Shown: positions 38,501-51,724 of the stretch, in pieces
How positions within the stretch are numbered: the first letter of the stretch is position 1
How the letters are laid out: the number at the start of each line of letters is the position of its first letter
DNA from: Lytechinus pictus
Lineage: Eukaryota
Length of the DNA: 64,000 nucleotides
Reading direction: 5' to 3'
NCBI RefSeq assembly: GCF_037042905.1
Contig: NC_087252.1
Coordinates: 24,306,001-24,370,000, forward strand
Translations under genes and position numbers: made by a program
Notes under the pieces: model-generated
What the model was told of the DNA's origin: nothing
The model's database searches: none
The model's input: only the letters and a program-made list of their open reading frames with translations

Positions 38501-39516
38501 GTTTTGGACGGATGGTTTTCTCTTTCCGCCCATAAACTCCCAGCAGTCTTCCACATCATGATAAAAAATACCAAGGCTATTGTTATTAGCCAATCTCCAG
38601 ACTGAAATTATAGGAAAAAAAAGGCTGTAAAATTGATTGTAGATCCTTTGGCCAGAGTAATTGACCACTCGATTCCATAATCAATCCATTTTCTGGATTC
38701 AAATAAGATTCACTCTGTTGCAGATGAAACCATTGTTTCTTTACAAGAAGAATAGAAAACAATCATCTTCTTTTCTGTGTCCTGCCTGTCTTAGAGCTGT
38801 CTCTTTCCACATTTTGTCATCTTATAAAAATGGATATCTCCATTATTGAAAGCTAACAAAGAAATCAATATCTGCATGCAAACACTCCTTTTCTTCTGTG
38901 TACTTCAAATTCAGATTTTAATTTAATATTCTTAATGATTTTAGTATGAATCTCAGACTGTCTTCTTATAAATTGATTTCATTCTTAGGCAAAATTATTG
39001 TACAAAATCTTGAAAGCTGATTATTGTGATCGATGAGAGAAAATATTTTGATATGCAAGTACTTAAAGGTGTTTCCCACTTTTTTCAGATCTTTTGCTTT
39101 TGCCTGTTTAATTTTTCAGCTATTTTATTAACTGCAGATTTTTCATTCAATCATTTCATTTTACATATTAGTTCTTTATTTTGATTTGTTTTATTCTGTT
39201 GAGATGTTGCAGTTGTAATTTGTTTACTATTGTTTGGGGATATTGATATTCTCAAAAGCCCATATGATCGATGAAATGCAAGTTTGAAATTTCAATTCAG
39301 AAATAAAAAAAAAATCCCTAAAAATCATTCTGCACATCTCATTCTCTTGTGATCATTTGATTTCTCTCCATTTATCATTCTGGTCTATGAATTCCTTTCT
39401 ATATTTCTCTTTCCTTTTTCATATGTGTTTCGATTAATTTCTTTCCACAAGATGTATAAGGGCTGAAACAGTGGACAAAGGATCATAATCCACCTTGAAA
39501 AAAAAGTCACTTTTTA

Positions 39517-39663
39517 GGGGCCTGTTGCAGAAAGAGTTGCATTTAAAACGCAAGTCAAAATATCAAGCGCAAGTCCCGAATATGGGTGCTTCATTGGCTG
39601 AAAATCAAGTTGCGCAAGTTTTTTGAGTTGCATTTGATCGCAACTCTTTCTGCAACAAGCCCC
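39517..39663. mobile_element. Short palindromic MITE
   Basis: GGGGCCTGTTGCAGAAAGAGTTGC...GCAACTCTTTCTGCAACAAGCCCC. Confidence 0.8.
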
Positions 39664-41539
39664 TGTTCTTCTATCAGGGGGTGATAAACCCTTACCCTTT
39701 TTTGCATATATTTTAGAGTGTATCCTCATGTATATGTCTTCATTCTGTAAATTTTTCTTCATTAATTTCCACACTTTTTCTGTATTTCTATATTAAACCT
39801 TGTGTTTATCTCATGTTGCTTATTCTGTTATTTTGCATCTATTTATCTTTTATCTCATGAAGAAAGAAAAAAAAAGAAAAGCCCTTTTCAATATTCTATT
39901 TTGTAATCTCAAGAAAGACACACCCCTAGGCTCCGAACACCCCCCATCTGTTTTCCTTAATGGGAGCTCCAGGCTCCAAGGAAAATTTCTATGTTCTTGA
40001 GAATAGATAAAGAATGATAATTGGTAAATATTCCTTCATTTAAATTCTTTTTGTCAACACATTCAAACCTTACAAGTATGTAGTGATCTTTTCATAGATT
40101 TGTTTTATTTGAAAATGACTTTACAATCAGATTTAGGGCCCTCTTTCACTGAAATAAAACCCTCTGAATTCTTATTCAATATGGAGTTTTAAACAGTTGA
40201 TCTGTTTTTATCTTTTGACAATTTCATTGGTTTATGATGATATCTTTTGGTGTGATAATTTATGTGAATAATCAACATCAAATCTTATCTATTCCGATCA
40301 TTTGAATGTATTTCTAAAAGATGAACAAATGATAATGTTGTTGGTCTTGATTTTATATTTTGTATGGCTGCCAAATCGGCTGGTTTTCTTGTTTTTTGTG
40401 TTTCAAAGAAATTTTTATCAGCATATGCCCTGAAGGAACTGTTGACTTTTTGTTTCAATACTTTAGCCATACTGCTGACAATGGAACGGTATTTTCCCTT
40501 TTCAGGTTGTTGAGACAAAAAAATTTAGCTCGAAATATTTGCAAAAATAATATGCAGTACATGAATACACACAATAAATACAGGAACGTTGTTGACTTTG
40601 AAATAGAATGTTAAGTAGAGCATTAGATTCTTTTCTGAGTTTAACATTCTAAAGGTAACAAGTGAAATATTATGAAAAAAGCAATTTGTATTGGGGCAAT
40701 ACATTGATTTTGGGGGCACTTTTTAAGAAAAAAAAAAGTAAAATAGAGAATTTATGACTATTTTCATTGACTCACAAAAGTCACAAGGTTTAACCCCCAT
40801 TCCCCACCCCACTTAACAAGATGGATTGGTGTTGGACCAATGTCAATGATGATGATGATGAAAAGGTTGTACACCTAAAATGTTGTTTAAAATCCTATAC
40901 AACACTTTACTATATGAACCTTACAGTTGTTTAAAAAGTGTTAAGTTTAATTTTCATTATTTAATTCTCAATAGATTTAACAGCATTGTATAGAAATTTT
41001 TTAAGCAAGAATTTTATTCCTTAAAAAGGGATAAAAAGAACCAAACTGGAATCAGATAAAGAGTTTCAATCAGCAAGGAGTGATCAAGTTTAATTATGGA
41101 TGCATTTATACCGATTGAATTTAAATGGTTGAAATGTACGTAGGAAGATTTAAAAATGTCAGAAGAGCTTCAGTATGGAAGAAAAAAAAAGATTGAATTT
41201 CTAGAATTTGCATACAAAGTACCAATTAAAAGAGATGAACTTGCAGCCTTTTTGGAGTTTGATTCTCCATTAAATTATTACTGAAAACAAAATCAGAATT
41301 CACATGTATTTTACATGTAATCAGAGTTAATAGGGAAAAAAAAAAAAAAAATTGACTTTGTAGATTTTTGGACCATAACTGAGGAAAAATTCATGTTATC
41401 AAGTTTTCTTTGATTGAACAAAAATAAAGAATAAAAATGTAATTAAAGTTAGATCATAATCATCAAGGAAAAGAATTACAATTTGTCAAATACACATACC
41501 AACTAATGGCAGCAGACTATTGAGCTTTGTTTTCATATA

Positions 41540-41777
41540 CACTGTAAAAACTGTGGTGTTAAAACTGACACCAATTGGTGTCAATAGAGGACCACACCCT
41601 GAGGTGTTAAAATAACACCCTAGAGATTGAACATAACACCAAAGAGTGTAAATGTAACAACCATAGGTGTTGTAATAACACCTATAGGTGTAAAAGTAAC
41701 ACCACCAATTTAACACCGGTGTAAAATAAGTGGTGTGGTCCTCTATGTACACCGGTTAACACCACAGTTTTGCTGTG
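41540..41777. mobile_element. EnSpm/CACTA-like MITE with internal TAACACC/GGTGT repeats
   Basis: CACTGTAAAAACTGTGGTGTT...AACACCACAGTTTTGCTGTG with a 2-bp TA TSD. Confidence 0.8.
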
Positions 41778-43603
41778 TAGTTGAAGTTTTTAATCAGGAC
41801 GTTGAATATTTGTAATTTGCATAGAACTTGAAAGAAGCAGAGCATTTTACCTTTTCCAGTCTAAAAGTTTATGATTTTACAACAGGTATGAAAATGCTAA
41901 TTGTCTAAAGGAGGAAAATTTGTTGAGTTTACAGATTTGAACCAGTTGAGTAACGATCACTTCTGAACCCCCCCTTGAAAATCTCAATTTAAGAAATTCA
42001 TTGAGTGCCTCATGGAGAGCAAATGAATGGTGATAATTGAAGTCATTTTTTTTTACCAAATTAGATTTTTCTTGCTTTGATTAAAAATGTTTTTCTTTTG
42101 ATTAAGAATGTTTTTCTTCCACTTTTATACTGTATATTTTCTTTGTTTTTCATATGTTTTTCATGAATATATTTGTTAAGGTAGATTTTATATTTACTTT
42201 TTAATTTGTTTTAATCATTAATTGTATTATTATTATCTTAATTTTTTTTTTTTTTTTTGGGGGGGAGGGTTGATCTAAAGATATAAAATAAGTTTCAATA
42301 GTAATCGTTCAACATTCTTACCTTTTTTGAATTTCATAAAGATTTATTGCTCTCTGATTTCACCCAGTTGTGCAAGTTTACTTAATATCTGTTAATAATA
42401 CATGTAGGTGAACATAAACAAAATGATTAGCATAATAAAATTAATCTTTAGTGACTGTCTTACTCTTAAGATTGAAAAGGGAGTGAAACTTGACTCTGTT
42501 TTAACTTCTTACTCTTTGTTCTTTGAAAGTGAAAGTGTTAGACAAAAAGGAAGAGAGGATGAGAAAGAGAGGGAGAGAGAGAGTAAGAGAGATAAACGGA
42601 GAGAGAGAGGGAGAGATTGGGAGATAGAGGAAGAGAAAGAGGAAAAAAGATAGAGAGAGAGAGAATGAAAAAATAAGAGAGAAAGAGAGTAACTAGTCAA
42701 GGAGCAACTTTATACTTATCCCACCCATTTTCCCCTTCACCACGGCTGCTCCTAATTTCGGAAGTCGGCGCATCTGTCCCCCTCGCTGGCCGAGCGATGA
42801 CCAGGCTGAGGGAACTGTCGCTGGTTTTCAGCTGCCTTAATGGAATTTAGAGTAACCTTTTGAAAAATGACAGACTTATTTTCTCCTGGAATTATTCATA
42901 TCAGTATGCCTACTATTGCCTGTATTGGTGAAGGTTAGGACATAGGTCAACCCACTCTTCTTCTTAATGGATGTGTTCACAATAAAAATCATGAATGTTT
43001 ATATGAAATGGTATTACCCTGAACACAATTTTACTTGTTAATTTTCTATTCTTTGATCTTGATGAAACTTTAATGTTTTCATTCAACAGGAGTAACATGA
43101 TTCAGACCTCTCCTTTCTTTAATTTTGTCTTCTTTTCTTTACACCTTGTTTTTCCTTCCCCTTTTCACTTTGATAATTAATGGGAGGGGGGGGGGTGGGG
43201 GTCAACTTCCTCTTCCACCAGTAGCCCCTCCCTCGTTGCACAATGTCATGTTCTGGAACTTTGATTTTTATAGGGGAATTGAAGTCTTCAAATATTTCTT
43301 TTTCTATGATGAAGATGAGTGTTTCTTTTTCCAGATTAAAATCAAATTCTCAAACTGTTTGAATTTCTGTGATGGAACTTTGATTTTTCAGGCAGGAAAC
43401 TAACTCTTCAAACCTTGTGTTTTTGTGATGAGTATTCTTCTTTTTTTACAAAAAAACAAACCATACAGCCACAAAATTTTCTTGAATTTGTTGTTGTTTG
43501 GATCCAACCAGATTTTCAATGATTACTGATACCCTTTGCCAGTTATCTTTTATAGAGATTTGTGCAATTTGGGTGTCCTGTTTTTTTGTCATGTATTGGC
43601 TAT

Positions 43604-44000
43604 AGGCGGTGCTGCACCATCCCGAGTTTGCTCAATCTCGAGATTTTAGCCCGATCGGCCCTCTTCGCGATTAATCTCGAGATTCAAGAAACTCTGTCTC
43701 CACCATCGCAAGAAGAGCGATTCCTGCTCGAGCGAGGCATCGATACATTAAGGTCTGACGCCATGAATAAATCCGAGTGCGTCTGCACCTGCGAATTAGC
43801 GCGATAATTCGTAAAATAGCGCGCTAATTTGCAAATAATCCCAAGTTGACTTGGGATTGCAATCTCGAGATTAATCCTACGAACTAGCGCGATAATTGCG
43901 TCTCCATTACGAATAATCTCGAGATTGTTCAGATCGGGATAATTTGCCGGATCAGAAATAGCGCGCTAAATTGAAAACTCGGGATGGTGCAGACGGCCCT
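43604..44000 (-). mobile_element. Harbinger-like MITE, short form
   Basis: AGGCGGTGCTGCACCATCCCGAG...CTCGGGATGGTGCAGACGGCCCT with a 3-bp TSD TAT/TAT. Confidence 0.9.
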
Positions 44001-44066
44001 TATGTGTGTTGGAGAACTTGACCAAAATTTGAACTTGGGCATTTATTACTTTATCTTGGTCTCAGA

Positions 44067-44958
44067 AGGGCCGTCTGCACCATCCCGAAGTTTCAAATTA
44101 GCGCGCTATTTCTGATCCGGCAAACTAACCCGATCTGAAAAATCTCGAGATAGTTGGCGGTGCAGACGCTATTATCGCGCTAGTTCGTAGGATTAATCTC
44201 GAGATTGCAATCCCAAGTCAACTCGGGTTTATTTGCAAAATAGCGCGCTATTTTGCGAATTATCCCGCTAATTCGTCGGTGCAGACACACTCGAGATTGG
44301 ACTCGGGGTAATTTATTCATGACGTCAGTCCATAATGCAATTCGCGTTCCACTTCCGCCTTGGTCAAAACAAACACGTGCGTAAGTCAACTTTATACATG
44401 CGAATAGCGTTCATAAGCAACGATGGTGTCCCCACCAGTGAATGGATTTTGGGAGAGACCCCGGGAGAGACCAGACCGAAGGGGGAGCTGGAGGCGCTCA
44501 TCGCATCGACGATGGTCATATTCAATAACAACACTGACAGCAGTGTTGTCTTATTCCTTCGCAAAATGTGAGCAAATAGCATTTCTTTCCTCCTTCTCCC
44601 TCTCTCTCTCTCTCTCTGTCGTTGCCTCCTACTCCGCCATCATATTTCACGAAGAATACAACACTTCTTCACTCGCTGAGCTGAAAGGATTGTTGCATAA
44701 CACCGGTTGAATTCGGCGAAAGTACTAGTGAAAGGAGTTCATCGCTTGCATAAATCGCGGGAAGTTATTCAAAAGCGCGGGCCGTTGAAACTCGAAGATC
44801 CGATAGTGCGCATGCCCGGAAATAGCGGGTTTGTTGCCGGAATCGCTCTCGTTGGATGGTGCAGACGGGGTTTCGCCAATCTCGAGATTAATCGCGAAGA
44901 GGGCTGATCGGGCTAAAATCTCGAGATTGAGCAAACTCGGGATGGTGCAGCACCGCCT
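44067..44958 (+). mobile_element. Harbinger-like non-autonomous element, long form of the same family
   Basis: AGGGCCGTCTGCACCATCCCG...CGGGATGGTGCAGCACCGCCT with a 3-bp TSD AGA/AGA. Repeated AATCTCGAGATT and TAGCGCGCTA palindromes. Confidence 0.9.
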
Positions 44959-47076
44959 AGAGACTCTAGACCCGTCATCATTGGACCGAGTTGTCAAAAT
45001 GCAGTGTCAACCTTGCAGCTTCTGCACATTTCAGTTAATGTCGGAACATGGGAAGCATTTCATGAAACAAAATGATAATGATTTCACTGACTATTGTTAC
45101 AAGCTACTGAAATCCTTGCATCTGATTGGCTCTGGACAAATTTGTCAGTGAAACACTCCCCAAAAGATGTCCCATTGTACCAAAGTAGAGTCATGATTGT
45201 AAAGCCCATAGATCTGCAGAATTGTCTTTCCAAACGCATCTTTTTCAGCCTTTCATGTTGTTTATTGTCAGTGTGCTGGGTTTGTGTTGTAAAGCTGTTC
45301 ATTTAAACAGCCGACAGAGAAAGGAATCGTACACAACATATGTTTGTTAATTTCTTGAAAAACTTTGTTTCTTGAGAGAAAGTGTTGATTAAATGCAGCC
45401 TAGCTTGAGCAAACTGTAGTTGATAGCAACACACCTCTTGCAGTTTAGTCCATTGGAACCATGATGGAGATTGCCATTAAATGAATTCATGGGAATGTTG
45501 TCATTTTTAAATTTGAATGACATTTATTTTGATAACGAGCATAAAATTCATTAAATGCAATCATTGTTTGAACAAAATGTCTTTGAATGTTGTCTTTCAG
45601 ATTAAATGCAGCCTTGCTTGAGCCAATTCTTCCCAACATAGGAAATGTATGAGGGTGATAGGCGATTTCGCCCTCATAAAAGCCCAAATCGCCCCCCAAA
45701 TTCCCTCCAAATGCACACTTTGGGACGACCATTCTTTCTAGAGTCGCCCCAAGATCTGTACCAAACATTATTGAAGATTATTCAGAAAATCAATATTCGA
45801 ACTGTGGTATATTAAGAATATTATTTGCTTAATTACTGCATAATTACTTTTTACCCCTAAAAAATTGCCCTTCAAATGGAAGAAAGAGCCCCCTAAATTC
45901 TGCCATCTCCCCTAATAAAATAGCCCCTAAAAATTATTTCCTACCCTAATTCTGACTGATGGTGACCTGCCCCTCGTGTTTGGTCGAGTGAACCTTGATG
46001 GGGATTGTCATCTAAATGAATGAGAATGAAGTCAAAGTTATCTCTGGATACCAAACATAAAGTGACATTTATGTTCGGGGATAGCGGAATGTCCAGGCGA
46101 CCTGCCCGAAGTACAATCAAATTCTCTTTGTCCACTTTTTATTTTATCAATTTACAGCGGTGCATCAGTGTGAGTGATTGTATATAAGGCAGGGTTTTCT
46201 AGAAAGGGAAAGCAAGAGAGATGATTAGAGGGGGATGGTGAAATGATGACTTGTGTCTTTTCTTGATATTCATCATTATGAGTCAGAAATTGATAAAAAG
46301 TGCGAGAGAGAGAGAGAGGGGGAGGGGAGAAAGGGGGGGGGGGATAAGATTTCTTCACTTTTATTCATTAAAGGTAAATAGAAAATAAAAAATTAAGTGA
46401 GATTAAAGAAATAATTTTTAGAAAGGGGGGGGGGGGTAATGCTCAATTCATTCATCACTGTGCATGTTGATGGTGCTTGCCCAGTAACAGTTCTCTTTTA
46501 GTATAAATTAAGAACAATTTTTTTTTGTAAAGATAGGAAAAATGCACTTTTTAAAATCAAGAGCATATATTAGAGTCATTGTCTATGACCTCCACAAAGA
46601 AGCAAAGAGTGAAAATTAATCATACATGAAAATGCATGAAGGCATGTTGCTATGCCAGTCACAGTGCAATAGTAAAACTTTATCTGATGATCTGTAATGA
46701 ATTAATAATAATGACTCCCCTTGAGGCAGGGATTAGAACACTATAGTACCTGCATGTCCTGTATATGGTCACTAAACTACCAAAGTCTAAAGAAGTTTGC
46801 ATTAGATTTTATTTATCTTTCCGACTGAGACACATTTCAACACATATAGCCAAGGCCTCCTGACCGGAGTGAGTTTTCGAAATGTTTCCCCAGATATCCG
46901 ACTTCCTCTCTGCTCTGTACACAAATGACTTGTATCCAGTTCAAAAGTGACAGTACTTTAAAGCCAGGAATGTCTCAATATTGTTTTGTTTCGTTGAGGT
47001 TTAGGGGCTGTGCCAGGGTATTGTGATAGCAGGGGGCGGGGGGGGGGGGGGGCAAGGCAACCCCCTGTCCTCTGCT

Positions 47077-47304
47077 CAGGGGCAGATCTAGGATTTTCCG
47101 AAAGGGGGGGGGGGAAGAATTTGTACAGGATAATTTTGCAAGCCCCCCCAAAATGTTCTTCAATACCAAATCGAGGTAATTTTTTCCAGGAAAAATTTGG
47201 CAAGCAAAAAATAAAAAAGGTATTCCCCTGAAAATATTTTTAGTGCCTCTCAAAGGGGGGGGGGCGGCATGGATCGAATGTGCCCCTAACTGGATCTGCC
47301 AGTG
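47077..47304. mobile_element. hAT-like MITE
   Basis: CAGGGGCAGATCTAG...CTGGATCTGCCAGTG with a perfect 8-bp TSD CCTCTGCT. Confidence 0.85.
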
Positions 47305-47330
47305 CCTCTGCTGTATAAGTGCCCCTAGTT

Positions 47331-47780
47331 CCGTCGGGGGGGGGGGGTACTCAAATTATAACATGATTCCTACGAAAATAGGTGGCTCTAGAATTAAATC
47401 TTGGTCTTAAAACGGGGGTCTACGACGGCTCTTGGATCAACGATCGCTGAAAATGCAATGCTCTTGAACTGAACATATAAAAAAGAGGGTCCCCGGACTC
47501 GTTAGATCATAGAATCATATCAAACTAGCGCAAGCTAACTCGATATGGCTCTAGCTCTGTGCCGATCGAGCTCACCGCTCCATCCGGCTGAGTAGGTCTT
47601 CATTGGCGTGCATTGGAACAAGAAATCACAAAATAGAGGGTCTCTGGAATGGGGAAAAATAGGAATTTCTATGGCTTTCTGAATTGGTGATACTCTGGAA
47701 CGAAAATTTAGACTGAAAATGGGGTCTCAACCACGGCACATACGTATCATACATTTATACTATTAAGTATCTCCCCGGGG
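47331..47780. repeat. Degenerate G-run/CCCCGGG-ended TIR-like element
   Basis: GGGGGGTACTCAAATTATA...TATTAAGTATCTCCCCGGG with repeated CTCT(A/G)GAA motifs inside. Confidence 0.45.
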
Positions 47781-48118
47781 TTTCGTTAAATGGTAAATGA
47801 CCAATTCCACACTTTGTTGTTGTTGCCTGCATTGTCACAATGAAAAAAAAATCACATCTTGCCTCAAAGCATTTTGTTATTACATGTAGATGAATGTGGA
47901 GCATTGCAAACAATTACCATGAAAAAACCTATTTCTGGATTTCTTTTCAATGCCTGGATGCCTGCAAAAAAAAATCCACTATGTTATGTTATAATTTGCA
48001 CAAATTCACAAGTCCAGAAAAAACAATAAGGATATCTTCAAAATCAACTAAATTTCAGATCTATAGTGTTGTGGCACATGAATGGAGATTGAACATGCTC
48101 GGTTATCAATAGGTACAT

Positions 48119-48868
48119 CTGGGCCCCGTCTTACAAAGAGTTACGATTGATCCAATCAATCGCAACTATGGACAGTCAGCAACATCAACATGTCAAATGC
48201 CTGTTTGTTCAAAATTGATTTTTTTTATTAGATATGCTGTTCATGTATATTCATACATTCAACGTTCTCTTGAAGATTATCTGTGCTTCTCTCTGTTTAC
48301 AAAGGACATGTGCAAATATCCGGTAGTAAAAATTATGACACTAATGGATTTCCATAGGGTTACGATTGATTGGATCGATTGCAACTCTTTGTAATACAGG
48401 ACCCTGGGCCCCGTCTTACAAAGAGTTACCATTGATCCGATCAATCGCAACTATGGACAGTCATCAACTTGTATTATGCATGTTTGTTCAAAATATTTTC
48501 AAACTATGATGTATATTCATGCATTCATTGTTTTCTTGAAAATTCGCTCTGTGCTTCTCTTTGTTTACAAAGGACATTGTGCCAATTTTCTATGGAAAAA
48601 TTATGACAGTGATGGATTTTCATAGAGTTACGATTGATCCGATCAACCTCAACTGTATGGAAATCCATCAATGTCATAATTTCTTTCTACAGGAAATTTC
48701 CGCAATGTCCTTTGTAAGCAACAAAATGCTAACTGAATTTTTAAGAAGCAAATGTATGTCATATCTAGAAAATATTTTGAACAAACTTACATTTTAGATG
48801 TTGACTTTGCTGGCTTTCCATTGTTGCAATTGATCAAATCAGTCGCCATTCTTGGCAAAACGGGGCCC
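48119..48868. mobile_element. Two tandem MITEs of one family (~48121-48403 and ~48407-48868)
   Basis: Both start GGGCCCCGTCTTACAAAGAGTTAC and are joined by CTG. The second contains an inverted duplicate of its body. Confidence 0.8.
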
Positions 48869-48904
48869 TTAATACTGAATACTAAATAGTTTAACATACA
48901 TGGT

Positions 48905-49350
48905 CAGGGTGCTACATAACTTTTTAGAAGTGCTTGCCCGGTCTGGCAAGTAAATTTTTAAATAGTTGGAATATACTTGCCCAAAAATCTATTTCACTTG
49001 CCCGAAAAATTCTTTGAAATAAAAGTTTTACCTCTTCAAAAGAAAGTTTTGCAGATTTATAAACCATTGGCCTTTTTCTCTCTTTTGATATGAACTGATC
49101 TACCTTGTTATTGCATTTCGTTTTCCGAAGTGAATTTTTCTTGTCTGCCATGACCAAAATTAGGGTCAATATCATATCATCGACCCTAATCTTGGTCATT
49201 CTACTGTGAGAATTTTGCTTTCTACTGTGTGAATTGTGCTTGCCCAATTCGGGCAAGTAGTTTTGGTCTTTACCTCAAAACACTTGCCCGACTCTAACTT
49301 TTACTTGCCCAGGGCAATCGGGCAAGTGCTTACATGTATGTAGCACCCTG
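48905..49350. mobile_element. CAGGG-ended hAT-like element with a 5-bp TSD, nested in a palindromic element (~48890-49523)
   Basis: TIR CAGGGTGCTACATA/TATGTAGCACCCTG, ATGGT on both flanks, subterminal CTTGCCC repeats. Confidence 0.85.
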
Positions 49351-50180
49351 ATGGTGTATAGTACCATGTGAAAAGGTTCAGAATTTGCTAATTTTTTTTA
49401 TTTAATAGAGACATTGTTCCAATATGTAGTGCTAAACATTAAATATAAATATTAGCCTTTTTATAGATCGACCAAATTTGGAACCTTTTCACATGGTACT
49501 ATACAACATGTATATATGTTAAATTGTAGTGCTACATAAAAGCAGAATATTATCATCAAATATGCTTTGTATTTCCAAATATCTGCCAGCCTTTGGTGAG
49601 AAGCATATCTCAAATTTGACAACGATCAATATGTCTGACCCATATAATTAGTCAAAAGCAATATTATATACATAAAGTAAAACAGTTTACATACTTGGTG
49701 TATATACATTTACAACATGAAAAAGGATCAAATGAGAAAGTGCTTTTAATAGAGAAGTGTTCCGAAATATGAAATGCTACATTTATATGAAAGCAGAATA
49801 TTATCCAATTTAATTTCCAATGTCTGCCAGCCTTTGGTGCAGCTATTACATGTATCTCAAATTTGACAACAAACAGTATGTCTGACCAATATAATTAGTC
49901 AGTAGCTATGTTATGCGATGAATAGCTGCCAAGCCAGCTGGCTGCAAGCCAAGGGAATTTCTGTTATCAGATCTGTCTGTATGAGAATGATTTCAAAACA
50001 CATTGATTCATTTGCAATTTAAAATAGTGGAAGCATGGAAATGATGGGTTATTTTTTTTCTAGCACACCTTTTTTTTTGACTGGCTCTGTACTGTAATAA
50101 AGTGCATGAGGGTCATTCAGACGGAGTAAATGCTTTTTATTTTTCAGATTCAAATGACAACTACATCTGTGATTGGGTAA

Positions 50181-50402
50181 AGGCTCGTGCACACCTTATG
50201 ACTGGTCCACGATCGTAAATCGTAGCCAATCATATGATCGCAATGACGTCTTTGTGACGAGATATTCAGTTCACTTTTATTCCAATACGAAGGTAGCATA
50301 GTCACACAGAAAGATGTTCCACGTCCCTATACTCGCATCAAGTTTTACTACACTTTATTCCCAAATCGGATTGTAGACCAATCGTAAGTTGTTTGGTGGC
50401 CT
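50181..50402 (-). mobile_element. Deleted copy of the 14680 MITE family
   Basis: AGGCTCGTGCACACCTTATGA...TCGTAAGTTGTTTGGTGGCCT. Interior matches the reverse complement of 14680-14910. Confidence 0.7.
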
Positions 50403-51639
50403 TAATATTTCAAAGAACCTATAAAGAAACTTTTCTCTTCAGGAATTAGGAGACTGTTTCCAGACAATATGAAATTGCCAGCATTGTCATTCTCTGAGCT
50501 GCCCTTACTTTTTTTCTTCAATTTTTGAGATATGAGGTTTTGGTAAGAAGTCAGATTTAAACATGTTATATCTGGTTTGTTAAATAAAAATTTGCAATAC
50601 AATAAAAAAAAAAAAAAAAAAATTAAAGCAAAACCAAAAAATGCAAGTATGCAGTTTTGACTAAAAGAAAAATACAACCTCATGTATGCAGACACAACAA
50701 TTTTATATTAGAATGGCATTGTTATATACAATTGATTTATTTGTGTAAAAACTGATTATTAGGAAACTAGGATAAGGTCATTTTCTTTCTAACTTGATGA
50801 CCAGTAGTGTTTTTTGTGTGCCTGAATGTAAAAAGTCCCCTCGAGATTTTTTTTTTACCTTATAATTGAAAAAAAAAGTTATAATTCGGCAGGCCTTGGG
50901 GAAATTTTAGTGGCTCTCTGTGTGAATGAAGTCCAGTGGCAACAAAAACAACATGCAGATTAAAAAGGAATCATTCATATGATGCATTTTTGTGATCTGT
51001 CAAGATGTGTCTGAACAGTACAAAGGATAGGCTAGAGCATATAGAGATTCTGTTGAATATTATGTGCTCTATATAAAGCATCTATTAATATTATTATAGA
51101 GTCAATTCGAAGGACATGTACTGGGAGCATTATCAAATTTTGGAATAATGTTGTGTGTCTGAACAGGCTGTTAGTCGCTTTTGATATTTTCACTCTACAT
51201 GATTTTATCATCTCCATGTCAAGCTACATGGATTGTAATAAAATAAATTGTTCAAACTCCATCAAAACACTATTAATTTAATTTCAATAGTGTACATGTA
51301 GTTCTACAGTTGACTTTATTGACAACTCATATAGAAAAAACACACAAAAATAAACAAACAAATTGATTCTGGTAATTTGTGTGTGTCTGTTTAGATTTTC
51401 TCGCTGTGAGAAATGGCAGCCTGGATCAATGGTTTCTATGGGACCTGTTATTTATTTTCCCTTCAAGTATTGCTTGGTATGAATGGGGCATGTGCGCGAC
51501 TGAAAGGAGGATGATGTCACCACACGTATTGAAACGTGGAGCGGAGTCTAGATGACACTGAGGGGGTGGGGCTTAGTAATGTGATAGCAGAAGCCAGTGA
51601 AAAAAAAAATCATCGGGCTATAAACTAGAGAGAAAAAAA

Positions 51640-51724
51640 ATGTCTAGAAAGTGTGTTTTTGAGACCTCAAGTGCTGCCTTCTCCCAGGCCCCTCGTGAGC
51701 ATACCTTTGATGTGAACAGCTATG
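51640..51724 (+). CDS. Candidate alternative first coding exon of cic (MSRKCVFETSSAAFSQAPREHTFDVNSY, phase 1)
   Basis: Open from AAAATG at 51640 to the donor G|GTATGT at 51725, in the same phase as the CIC-L exon donor. Preceded by TGATGTCA, GCGGAGTCT and GGGGTGGGGC motifs. No homology support. Confidence 0.35.

Noticed and set aside
41540..41777. Regularly spaced TAACACC repeats resembling a CRISPR array
   Set aside because: The units are short and degenerate, sit inside TIRs with a TA TSD, and the context is eukaryotic with no cas genes. These are transposon subterminal repeats.
43562..45151. Cluster of overlapping ORFs in GC-rich DNA
   Set aside because: They lie in palindromic non-autonomous transposons and show no protein motifs.
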